From an uncultured Acidobacteriaceae bacterium (GTDB lineage Bacteria; Acidobacteriota; Terriglobia; Terriglobales; Acidobacteriaceae), in contig CAXUDN010000002.1 of the NCBI GenBank assembly GCA_964249715.1, positions 14,801-78,800 of the forward strand: a stretch of DNA of 64,000 bases. The letters run 5' to 3'. The first letter of the stretch is position 1, and each line of letters opens with the position of its first letter. The notes under the pieces were generated by a model that did no database searches, was not told the origin of the DNA, and saw nothing but the letters and a program-made list of their open reading frames with translations. The position numbers were made by a program, and so were the translations under genes. This document shows, piece by piece, positions 30,086 to 39,287 of this stretch.

Positions 30086-30463
30086 ATGTTTGAAATCACC
30101 GTGCAGGCCGGATTCTCTTCCGGGCACTATCTCCGGGACTACTACGGCAAATGCGAAAACCCGCACGGCCATAACTACCGCGTTCTTGTCACGCTTATCG
30201 GCGCGGAGCTGGAACCCAACGGCTTGCTGCTCGATTTCAAGCTGCTGAAACAGGTCCTGCGGCCTACCGTCGAGTACCTCGACCACCGCATGATCAACGA
30301 TCTTGAACCGTTCACAACCGTGAATCCCTCGGCTGAGAATCTCGCCAAGTACTTCTTCGATCAAACCGCGCAGGAGCTCACCGCAATGACCTCCGGCCGC
30401 GTGCGCGTGAAAGACTGCACAATCTTCGAAACCGACACCAGCTTTGCGCGCTATTACGAGTAG
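30086..30463 (+). CDS. queD: 6-carboxy-5,6,7,8-tetrahydropterin synthase
   Basis: GHxL...KCENPHGHNY, LDH and PSAEN motifs; adjacent to queE. Confidence 0.95.
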   Translation: MFEITVQAGFSSGHYLRDYYGKCENPHGHNYRVLVTLIGAELEPNGLLLDFKLLKQVLRPTVEYLDHRMINDLEPFTTVNPSAENLAKYFFDQTAQELTAMTSGRVRVKDCTIFETDTSFARYYE

Positions 30464-30544
30464 CTCTTCCAGCACATGTTTGAAATCTTGTCCCAACCCG
30501 CTGCCGACCTGCACGTCACGCCCCAGCCACAGGTCCGCACCGCC

Positions 30545-31234
30545 ATGCGCTCCCTACGCCTGATCGAGCTCTACAAATCCGTCCAGGGCGAGAGCTCCTT
30601 CGCGGGCATCCCGTGCATCTTCGTGCGGCTCGCAGGATGCAACCTACGCTGCTCCTGGTGCGATTCCGAGTACACCTTCACCGGCGGCCAGCCCTTCACC
30701 AACGACGAGATCGTCGCGCAAATCGAAGCCCTGCAGCCCTGCAAGCTCATCGAGTTCACCGGCGGCGAGCCCATGCTGCAGGCACGCGAGTTGCTGCCCC
30801 TCATGCATCGCCTGCTGGATGCCGGCTACGAGCTGATGATCGAGACCTCCGGCGAACGTTCCCTTGCCGAAGTCCCGCCAGCCGTGCATAAGATCGTCGA
30901 TGTGAAATGCCCAGGCTCCGGCATGGGTGGAAGCTTCCAGCTCGAAAACCTGCAATCGCTCACGATGCAGGACGAGATCAAGTTTGTGCTCGCCGACCGC
31001 ACAGATTATGAGTTTGCCCGTGACTTCCTGGGTGAACACGATCTGAAGTCGAGATGCGGAGGAATCCTTCTCTCCCCAGCCTTCCGCAAGGACGCAGGCG
31101 ACGCACGCAGCGCAGACAACATGCTGCTGGACCCGCGCGTCCTGGTCGGGTGGATGCTGGCCGACGGCCTGCCGGCGCGCCTGAGCCTGCAAATCCACAA
31201 GTTTATTTGGGAGCCGCGCAAAAAGGGCGTATAA
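30545..31234 (+). CDS. queE: 7-carboxy-7-deazaguanine synthase (radical SAM)
   Basis: SVQGE, FVRLAGCNLRCSWCD, TGGEP, ETSG and LQIHK motifs. Confidence 0.93.
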   Translation: MRSLRLIELYKSVQGESSFAGIPCIFVRLAGCNLRCSWCDSEYTFTGGQPFTNDEIVAQIEALQPCKLIEFTGGEPMLQARELLPLMHRLLDAGYELMIETSGERSLAEVPPAVHKIVDVKCPGSGMGGSFQLENLQSLTMQDEIKFVLADRTDYEFARDFLGEHDLKSRCGGILLSPAFRKDAGDARSADNMLLDPRVLVGWMLADGLPARLSLQIHKFIWEPRKKGV

Positions 31235-31253
31235 GCCCGTTGCATCCCAGCGA

Positions 31254-33323
31254 TCACGGAACAACAACGCGCCGCCCCGTCCAATGAAGCACAGGCAGCA
31301 GACTCGAATACTCGTCCGTCCAGAGCTTCACCTGAGGCAACGTAGGGATGGGCCGAGCTCTCCCGAGCATTGGCTGATCGAAGAAGCCGGCGCGATCGGT
31401 AAGCAGCACCCAGGAGGCAATGGATTCGCCTCGGCTCTCCACGCCCGCACTATCGATCTCACGAGCGATCAGCGGACGCGCGTCCTGCGTACTTGCCGCC
31501 AGTCGCGCGAGCACCGGGGCAAGGTCAAGGTACTGGTTCGAGATGTGGAAGGCCAGCACGCCGCCAGGGACAAGATGCCGCCTGTAGAGCGTCAGCGCCT
31601 CCCGCGTAAGCAGGTGCGTCGGGATGCTGTCGCCGGAAAATGCATCCACCACCAACACGTCGAAGTTCTGCGGCGGCTCGGCTGCGAGCGACAACCGGGC
31701 ATCGCCAGGCACGATCTCCACCGAGGCCGCTGTGTCGCGCGTGTACGTGAACAGGTGCTCGGCAATGTCGATCACCAACGGGTTGATCTCGTAGAAGCGG
31801 ATCACGTCGCCCGCACGGCCATAGGCCGCCAGTGTTCCCGCCCCCAGGCCAATCACACCGATGCGTCGCGGACGCTCCGGATCGCAACAACCCGCGAGCG
31901 CCAGCCCAACCCCGCTGTCCGGAGCATAGTAGGTCAGCGGTGTGCGATGGAACTCGCTGCTGAACCACTGCATTCCATGCTCGATGTGACCGTTGTACAG
32001 CGTGCGCGAGAGCAACGCCTGGGGCGGCGCCTGCGTTTGTTTCACTCGAAGTGTGCCGTAGAAATTGCGCGCCCGGAAAAGGGCGTCGTGAGCATACGCC
32101 GCGTGGATCACGACGAGCAGATACACCGCCAGAACCGACCCCGCTGACCATACCAGCCGCTGCGGCCAACCTTCCGTCCACACCAGGAGCAGGATGATGG
32201 CGGCCGTGAGCAGAAACGCAAACGGCAGGTCGAAGTTCGAGTCGGTAAGCAGCGGGGACAGCACCGCGACCGCCAGCGTCCCGGCTGCTCCGCCAGCCGC
32301 CATCCACAGGTAGAAGCGCGTGCTCGCGGCGGCCCCGGCAGGACGGAGCGCATAGAACTCCGCATGGCAGAACCACGACGCAAACAAGAGCTCCGCCGTA
32401 AAGAGAACAATGCTGATCCCGATGGGAACGCTGAAGGCCGTCTGCGCGAGAGAGTAGCCCAGCGCAAACAGCAGCACCGCCAGGAAGCGCAACGTGAATC
32501 CGCGATGATAAAGCCGGGGAAGCTCAAAGGCCAGCACGAACGAGAGCAAATAGGCCGCCAAAGGAAGCATCCACAGCAGGGGCAGCGAGGCAACGTCCTG
32601 CGTAAGGTGACTGGTGACTGCGGCCAGCTGAAACGACGCTACCGCGGGCAGAGCAAACCACAACCATCGGCGCTTCCCGGGCGATGAAAGCCCGGAGTCC
32701 ATCTCTGACAAAGGACTGGCATTCTCTGCCGCACTTACGGGTGCTGACCGCATGCGCAACGTAAGCGCAATCGTAAGCAGCGCATACCCCGCAAACGCAA
32801 CCTTCCACACAAGAAATGCCGGACGAAGCCGCAGATGCGGTTCGATGACCAGAGGGTAAGCCAGCAGTGCCGCCAGCGAACTCAGGTTCGACAGCGCAAA
32901 GAAGCGATACGGCGTCGGCCGGTGTTCGCGCCGGGCATACCACGCCCCCAGCAAGGGCGAGGTCGTGCTCAGAGCCACAAACGGCAACCCGATCAGCAAA
33001 GAAAGCCGGAGAAACAGCACACCCTGCGGATGCTGGGAGGAAGTCGAGTGAACCCGCCAGGCCGGCAGCAGCAGCGAAGCTACCGCCAGCAAGATCAGCC
33101 CAAGATGAAGCACGATCAAGCCCCGGCGCTCAACCGATGCCCGCGCCACGGCAACGGCATACCCATATCCCAACAACAAGGCCAACTGAAAGAAGGAAAG
33201 CGCCGTGATCCACACAGCCGAGGAGCCCCCCACCAACGGCAAGAGGGCACGCGCGGCCATCGGCTCCACGCCCAACAGCAGAAAAGCAGAGAGCCCGATG
33301 CTCAAGCCGTACAGGAGCTTCAT
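31254..33323 (-). CDS. Fused MFS-like membrane domain / spermidine-synthase-like methyltransferase
   Basis: Multi-TM N half, then IGLGAGT, YEINP, GDAR and VDAFSGD SAM-binding motifs. Confidence 0.88.
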   Translation of the reverse strand: MKLLYGLSIGLSAFLLLGVEPMAARALLPLVGGSSAVWITALSFFQLALLLGYGYAVAVARASVERRGLIVLHLGLILLAVASLLLPAWRVHSTSSQHPQGVLFLRLSLLIGLPFVALSTTSPLLGAWYARREHRPTPYRFFALSNLSSLAALLAYPLVIEPHLRLRPAFLVWKVAFAGYALLTIALTLRMRSAPVSAAENASPLSEMDSGLSSPGKRRWLWFALPAVASFQLAAVTSHLTQDVASLPLLWMLPLAAYLLSFVLAFELPRLYHRGFTLRFLAVLLFALGYSLAQTAFSVPIGISIVLFTAELLFASWFCHAEFYALRPAGAAASTRFYLWMAAGGAAGTLAVAVLSPLLTDSNFDLPFAFLLTAAIILLLVWTEGWPQRLVWSAGSVLAVYLLVVIHAAYAHDALFRARNFYGTLRVKQTQAPPQALLSRTLYNGHIEHGMQWFSSEFHRTPLTYYAPDSGVGLALAGCCDPERPRRIGVIGLGAGTLAAYGRAGDVIRFYEINPLVIDIAEHLFTYTRDTAASVEIVPGDARLSLAAEPPQNFDVLVVDAFSGDSIPTHLLTREALTLYRRHLVPGGVLAFHISNQYLDLAPVLARLAASTQDARPLIAREIDSAGVESRGESIASWVLLTDRAGFFDQPMLGRARPIPTLPQVKLWTDEYSSLLPVLHWTGRRVVVP

Positions 33324-33560
33324 TCAGTGCGGCAGCATAGCACCCGCGCGCTGTCCGTGGCCCGCGTTCTTTTGCCCGCTCGGCTAAACTGCAAGGCTTG
33401 GCAGGCCTCCGGAGCAGTCACAACAAAAGCGCTGGTGAACGGCAACAACGCTACAGGTGGTCCCATAGACGAAACCGTTTTCGATGGCACGTAGGGGACC
33501 CGCTTCCAAAGCGCGTTCCAGGCGGTCTGGCGAGCCGCAAAGGCATCGATGAGACCACGT

Positions 33561-35069
33561 CTAGACCGCCTTCAGCGCCTCCGGCAGGACGAAGCCCCTC
33601 TCCTCCGACACAGACAGGCAGGCTGTCTGCTCGGGAGGAGCAGGCAACGAAAGGATGAACCGCGTTCCTGAGGAACCTGGCTCCGTACTGCTGACCAGAG
33701 TGAGTCTGCCTTCATGTCGCGCAACGATTTCAGCAGAAATGGAGAGCCCCAGTCCAGTACCTCGAATGCCCTTTGTAGTGAAGAACGGCTCGAAAATTTG
33801 GTTCTGCACCTCTGGTGAGATACCAGCACCGGTATCCCGAACTTCGATCTCGATTTCGTTTTGAACCCGACGTGTGCACAACGTGAGAACGCCCCCTTGC
33901 GGCATCGCGTCAACAGCATTGCTTACCAGATTTGCGAAAACCTGGCGCATCTCGCCAGCTTTACAGAAAATTGTCCCCACCTCCGGGTGCCAGGAGCACT
34001 CAACCTCAATGCCTGCCCGCTGTAACCGAGGTGCGAATAAGGTGAGAGCCGTCTCGAAAAGATCAGGGACGTCGGTTGACTCAGCTGCACCCTGTTGCCG
34101 GTAGAACTTAAGGGTGTGCGTGGTGATTGCTGCAATGCGGCCAATCTCGTTCTGTGCTTGCTTCAGGTAATCACGACTATCGCCCTCGAGCTTACCGACC
34201 CCGATCAGGTACAGCAGGTTGACCACCGCCTCGAGCGGGTTATTGATCTCGTGCGCGATGGAGGCGGCAATCTTGCCTGCCGACGCTAATCTCTCCGCCT
34301 GCATGGCCGCTTCATGAGCCTCCTGCCGGGCATTGTGAGCCATTTGCATCCACCGGCTGCTCTGACGGTAGGAGAGCACAAGCAAACCAAAGGTAAGAAA
34401 CAAAACGTTACTGAGGCCAAGCCGCGACAGTACGTACCCGTTTACGGCGTGAGCTGCCGCGATGGATCGCATAGCCGGGCCCATGATCATCGCCCGCATG
34501 GCAAAGAAGTGCATGCCGGTGATGGCGCATCCAAGGGCGCCAGCGCCCATGAGCCGCAAACCGAGACCCGACGACCGGCTATTGCTAAGGTGCAGTAACT
34601 GGAAACCGCAATATGCAGCACTCATTGCAAAAAAGACAGTTCCCGCAGCCCATACCGGCTGCCACCGGACTTGAGGCACAAGATGTAATGCCGCCATCCC
34701 GGTGAGGTGCATCGCAGCCACCCCGGCGGTGAAAATAAGAGCGGCGGCGAACTTCGGCAATCCCTTACCGGCCGATCCCATGCTGGAAATCGAGAGAGAG
34801 GCCCACGATGCCAGCACCGCTATGACTGCCGAGAGCAGTACGAAACGGACGTCGTAATGTAGCCGAAAAGCCGCATGCCACCCCAACATGCCGAAGAAGT
34901 GCGTGGACCAGATACCAGCCCCGAGTGTCAGGCCGCCGAGGCCGGTCCACATTGGGGTCCGCTTTGTGTTGTGCTTGGCTTGTTCAAGCGATTCGAACGC
35001 AACAAAGGCGCAAACAGTACCGATCAGTAGAGCGAGAACGATCCTGGTCCACTCAGACGCATGCATCAT
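33561..35069 (-). CDS. MHYT-domain sensor histidine kinase
   Basis: IWSTHFFGM, MHLTGM and MHFFAM repeats; AHEINNPL H-box, NLVSNA, DTGAG, PFFTTK and GTGLGL. Confidence 0.9.
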   Translation of the reverse strand: MMHASEWTRIVLALLIGTVCAFVAFESLEQAKHNTKRTPMWTGLGGLTLGAGIWSTHFFGMLGWHAAFRLHYDVRFVLLSAVIAVLASWASLSISSMGSAGKGLPKFAAALIFTAGVAAMHLTGMAALHLVPQVRWQPVWAAGTVFFAMSAAYCGFQLLHLSNSRSSGLGLRLMGAGALGCAITGMHFFAMRAMIMGPAMRSIAAAHAVNGYVLSRLGLSNVLFLTFGLLVLSYRQSSRWMQMAHNARQEAHEAAMQAERLASAGKIAASIAHEINNPLEAVVNLLYLIGVGKLEGDSRDYLKQAQNEIGRIAAITTHTLKFYRQQGAAESTDVPDLFETALTLFAPRLQRAGIEVECSWHPEVGTIFCKAGEMRQVFANLVSNAVDAMPQGGVLTLCTRRVQNEIEIEVRDTGAGISPEVQNQIFEPFFTTKGIRGTGLGLSISAEIVARHEGRLTLVSSTEPGSSGTRFILSLPAPPEQTACLSVSEERGFVLPEALKAV

Positions 35070-35468
35070 CTACTTGACCCCGAAACAGCGCATCCCGGAA
35101 CAAACTTATGGGCCTGAGCCGTTGGGGGAAGTGTACTGAATCTGGAGTACGTACACCCTGAGACGAAAGTTGTAGTGCTCCTTGTGAGAGATTTGGTGAG
35201 CGCCGGCTCTAGACGACATTGCAGTGCCCGGGCGTTGGGCGCTTTGAATATTGGGCAGTGTACGTTCCCGGTCCCATTCGTTCCAGACAACCAGGGCGAC
35301 TCGGCCTCTTCAGCCAACTTGATGCGCCGCTTGAGCAAGCGCGCGCAGTGCACTCTTGAAGATCGCTCCCTCACGCTCCGGAGATCGCAATCCACTTTGG
35401 TCACCCAAACGTAGTTACCTAGCAGGGTCTTGTAGAGCAGCTTACTGGCCCGGAAAGCGTGGGACGGA

Positions 35469-35702
35469 ATGATGGCTATCGCTCAGACAAAGCATTCAGA
35501 GCAGTTTCTTTTTGGTGAAGCATCAGCAAATGCGATGATCAGCCCAGAGGACATGCCAGGGGAAGCGCGGCTTGGGGCAGTACTGGCAAGAGCGCTTGTT
35601 CAACACATCAGTACCATGCGGGCCGTCGGCTATGAAGACGAGATCGTGGTGGACGGTGATGTTTGGAGTGTGGAAGTCAGACGCAAGTCGCCCACCAGCT
35701 AA
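35469..35702 (+). CDS. Small hypothetical protein (77 aa)
   Basis: ATG with upstream GGGACGGA; protein-like composition; no family recognised. Confidence 0.45.
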   Translation: MMAIAQTKHSEQFLFGEASANAMISPEDMPGEARLGAVLARALVQHISTMRAVGYEDEIVVDGDVWSVEVRRKSPTS

Positions 35703-35858
35703 AACGCCTTACTTCTCTCACCAACCCCTGAGAGCATGATGACGCAAGAACAGCTTCAGCAGAGCCATGCGAAGATCGCTTGATTCAGGGGCAGAGATTG
35801 CGCAAATCCGGGTTATCTGGGCCCAGAGATCCTTAACTGAAGCTTGTGACGGTTGCAC

Positions 35859-36014
35859 CTACTCTCCAGCATGCGCTTCGTCGGTGTGTTCCCGGTAGCA
35901 GTGCAGGGCTGTAAGCTCCGCTGCAGTGTAGAGGGAAACTGTGCCGTCCGAGAAGTAAACGAGGATCGAACCGTCGAGCCGTTCTACCTGGATGATGGTT
36001 GGCTGCGGTTCCAT
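35859..36014 (-). CDS. Small hypothetical protein (MEPQPTIIQVERLDGSILVYFSDG...)
   Basis: 51-aa ORF with a beta-hairpin-like LVYFSDGTVSLY pattern; family not confirmed. Confidence 0.45.
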   Translation of the reverse strand: MEPQPTIIQVERLDGSILVYFSDGTVSLYTAAELTALHCYREHTDEAHAGE

Positions 36015-36440
36015 GCTGTGATGAAGTTTAGGCGCACATCGCGCGGTACACCGTCTGCTATCCAACACTGACTCACATCAGGAACGCCCGCTACCGCATC
36101 ACGCGCTCAAGAACCATTCACGCCAGCGCGACGTTCTTGCAAAGCTAGACTAAGCTGCTGGCTGAGGTTGATCTGTTCCCCTCCCGCGTGAGCCATACAG
36201 CTGGGCTGAGCTAAGTGCAACAGCAAATCAGCCGACAACGCGACAGAAAGCACGCCGCAAAACGTATTTGCCCGGGTTATAGCCGCAGGCTGTTTTGTAG
36301 TCGTGGCAGGATCAGTTCTCAACAGCGTTCGCAGTAGACAAGCGCTGTTACAGAAGCGGGTGAGGCTTTATCTCGCGCCCTAGCGTCAGCGTGTTGCCCA
36401 CGATGGAGAGCAGGGCTGTGCCGTTGTTTTGGAAAAGTCG

Positions 36441-38759
36441 CTAGTGGATCGACACAGTCAACGCAAACGTAGCCGAGTGCGTCAGTACGCCATCCGTTGC
36501 AGTAACTGTGTAGGTGTAGGTGCCGGCTTTGGTATAGTCTGCGGCGAACGGTACAGCGACATCCCCGCAACCTGCGAGACCTCCGGAGGCCAGCGCCAGG
36601 CCGAGCGCGACTACGCCGAGGCGCGCTAACACCAAAACTTTGTGGTTGAAGCGCTTGCGCAGGAGTACCAGCCCGGTAAAGAACGCGATCACGCTGCCGA
36701 ACCAGCCGCGTCCCACGCTGGCCTGGCCGGCAAAGGGGGAAGCGGTGCTGATTGTCACAAGGTAGTTGGTGCCCCCGGTGGCGGAGCTTATACCTGCAGC
36801 CACGTTACAGGTGGAATCCGCTGCGTTCGTCGTGCAAGCAAGGGCAACGGCATTGGCGAAACCTGCAATGGGGGTCAGCAGGCCCTGAGTGGTCGCGCTG
36901 CCCCCGGCGGTTACCGAGCCTGTGGTGGGGCTCAGGGCGAGCGTGAAATCTACGCCCGTACCTGTCAGCGCTGCGGACGCAAGATTGAGAGCCGCGTTGG
37001 CAAAGCTGATGGCGCCGGAGCGCGTTCCGGTGGTTGAGGGCTTGAAAGTGATGGAAATGGCGCAGCTTGAAAAGGGGGCGAGCGTGGCGGCGCAACCGCT
37101 TTGCTCCGTGAAGTCGCCTGTCAGTGTGAGCGCGGGCAGCGGCGAGGAAAACGAGGTGTTGTTGCTCAGGGTCAAAGTCTGCACGGCACTGCCGGTGATG
37201 TCCACCTTGCCAAAATCGAGCGCTGGTGCCGAAAGGATGAGTGGGCTACTGCCGGTGCCGGTCAGCGCCGCCGTCAATGGCCCTGTGTTGGCGTTGACGG
37301 TCAAGGTGCCGTTGTCCGCGCCAAGAACCGTGGGCGCGAAAGTGACACTGATCACACAGCTCGCCGCCGGAGCAACGGTCGAGCAGCTGTTGTTGGTTAC
37401 CCGGAAGTCGCCGCCCGCATTGGCAGAGCTAACCTCCACCGGGAATGGTGTTTTGTTGGTCCAGGTAAACGTCTGCATCCCGCCGGTGGTGTTGACCAGA
37501 GCAGAGCCAAAGTTTCCGCTGGAGGGAGTGAGCGTCGGCGGACTCCCGTCCGCCGTCAGGTCGAAGAGGTTGTACTCCAGCAGACGTTCCTGCGGAGTCA
37601 ACCCGCCCGTATCGCACTCCGCAGGGAAGGCCAGCCCGGAACCGGACGTCCGGTTCTCCACATGGTATTCGTCATACAGCACGCGTCCGCAGCCTGTGCT
37701 CGGGGAGTTGACGGGTGTGTCGAAGGTGAACTGCATGACCGGATTGCCGAGGACGGCATTGTTCAGGGTCAGCCACGACTGGGTACCGGCGTTCAGACCG
37801 CTAAAGTCTTCGCGGAGTGTCGAGATAGGAATCTGCCCGGGCGTGTTGGACGCGCCAGTGACCGTGAGCCATTGCGACAGGATCTGGCCCTTGGCGAAGC
37901 TGGTGTCGACCGTGGCCGTGCCATTCGGGATGTCATTCTGGTTCTCTGTCCATTGCACTACATTCTCGAAAGGTGGATTCTGGTAGAGCCAGGTATAGCT
38001 GAAGTGCGTGGCATAGATGCGCCCGCCTGCGTTGGCATACTGCACGAGGTTCTGTAACTGCTCGGGTGTTTTTGGGATGGCCGAACCCTCGCAGGGCAGC
38101 ATGAGTACGTCGTAACTGGCGAGCGAGACGGTCGTGGCGAGCGTACTTATATTCGGCGTGCCGGCGTCAAGCTTGGAGCCATTGCTGACGAAGAGATTGA
38201 TACGCCCTGTGCCACCCGGGTCCGTGAACTCCGCATCGTCAAGGCCCACCTTGCGGAGTACACATTCCACAGCATCGGCCTTTCCGGTCACCAGAGCGAT
38301 TTTGGGTATGTCACCCTCACTCTGGTTGCGCGGCAGGTTCATGGGGAATGTGGTGTTGGCGCAGGCCTGGACAGTGGGGATTGTCATCTGCCGACGCCAG
38401 TGACCGGACTGCACCACAACCGGGATGTTGGAGCCAACGGGAACATTGGCCAGCGTGAACGTACCGTCGACTGCCGTCGTTGTGCCCACGAGAGGTGATC
38501 CCGAGGGTTGCTGTCCCGTATTGGAGCAGCTCACCCCTGGGGTGAAAGGCGCCACCGCCGCATTCGGGATATACACCAGGGCGCCCGGGATAGGATCGGT
38601 GCCGTTCGGTGCGTACACTTTGCCGCTAAGCGTCGTGGTACCGCCGCCGGGGCAGCTCACCTGTTGCAGGCAAAGTCCGGTACACCCCTGACCCGGCGAA
38701 ATCGCCGGCCAAAAGAAACATATGAGGAGGACGAGAAAGAGCGCGAGCCGGGTGAGCAT
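36441..38759 (-). CDS. Large secreted/surface protein with choice-of-anchor-D (ASH-like) and Ig-like domains
   Basis: Signal peptide, Cys-containing N-domain, two xxFGxxxV...SCxIxxTFxP repeats, C-terminal TM pair with LAGC. Confidence 0.85.
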   Translation of the reverse strand: MLTRLALFLVLLICFFWPAISPGQGCTGLCLQQVSCPGGGTTTLSGKVYAPNGTDPIPGALVYIPNAAVAPFTPGVSCSNTGQQPSGSPLVGTTTAVDGTFTLANVPVGSNIPVVVQSGHWRRQMTIPTVQACANTTFPMNLPRNQSEGDIPKIALVTGKADAVECVLRKVGLDDAEFTDPGGTGRINLFVSNGSKLDAGTPNISTLATTVSLASYDVLMLPCEGSAIPKTPEQLQNLVQYANAGGRIYATHFSYTWLYQNPPFENVVQWTENQNDIPNGTATVDTSFAKGQILSQWLTVTGASNTPGQIPISTLREDFSGLNAGTQSWLTLNNAVLGNPVMQFTFDTPVNSPSTGCGRVLYDEYHVENRTSGSGLAFPAECDTGGLTPQERLLEYNLFDLTADGSPPTLTPSSGNFGSALVNTTGGMQTFTWTNKTPFPVEVSSANAGGDFRVTNNSCSTVAPAASCVISVTFAPTVLGADNGTLTVNANTGPLTAALTGTGSSPLILSAPALDFGKVDITGSAVQTLTLSNNTSFSSPLPALTLTGDFTEQSGCAATLAPFSSCAISITFKPSTTGTRSGAISFANAALNLASAALTGTGVDFTLALSPTTGSVTAGGSATTQGLLTPIAGFANAVALACTTNAADSTCNVAAGISSATGGTNYLVTISTASPFAGQASVGRGWFGSVIAFFTGLVLLRKRFNHKVLVLARLGVVALGLALASGGLAGCGDVAVPFAADYTKAGTYTYTVTATDGVLTHSATFALTVSIH

Positions 38760-39196
38760 AGGACGCTTTCACGGGATAATTCCAGGCCAGGGTTCTGCGG
38801 CGCTTCCGGCACAGTCTGAGCAGTACGTGTGTTGAGTTCAGAGAGTAGGACGTATGGCATTCCGCGAAGGAGTACATTTGCGACCGAGGTTTCTGGGTCC
38901 CCAAATTGCCATGGTTCACGGGTACCCCCTGCAATCCGTTAACCTCGCCCATGAACTCTTTCATCGCGTCTTCCGGCATGTGCGCCGCGGAATCCCAAAG
39001 AGCGAGCAATAGGCTGACCAGCGGCACCTCTCGCCATTCGGGGAATCGGGACAGAAGGCGCTCAGAAGCCGCTCTAGGCCCAATCCGGGAATCCCATCCA
39101 CACGTGGATACCACAACGCTGCTTTACGGCTCCACTCTCTCGACAGGCTGCTCCCATCGCAGAGGAGAGCGGGCTTTTGCTGCTTTGGCTAAATTT

Positions 39197-39272
39197 TGGA
39201 GCACCGGATCAGATTTGAACTGATGAATACTGGTTTTGCAGACCAGCGCGTTAGCCACTTCGCCACCGGTGC
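39197..39272 (-). tRNA. tRNA-Cys (GCA)
   Basis: Full cloverleaf: acceptor GCACCGG/CCGGTGC, anticodon arm CTGGT-CTGCAAA-ACCAG, T arm ATCAG-TTCAAAT-CTGAT, U73, encoded CCA. Confidence 0.95.
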
Positions 39273-39287
39273 CTGGACAATGCCGCC

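Noticed and set aside
7209-31234. tgt + queD/queE + helicase as a dpd (7-deazaguanine DNA modification) system
   Set aside because: TGT has canonical tRNA-type motifs and the usual yajC-secDF context; no dpdA/B/C-like genes seen; the genes are 22 kb apart.
38626-39114. 162-aa minus-strand ORF downstream of the tRNA
   Set aside because: Overlaps the start of the surface-protein gene out of frame; no SD or recognisable motif.
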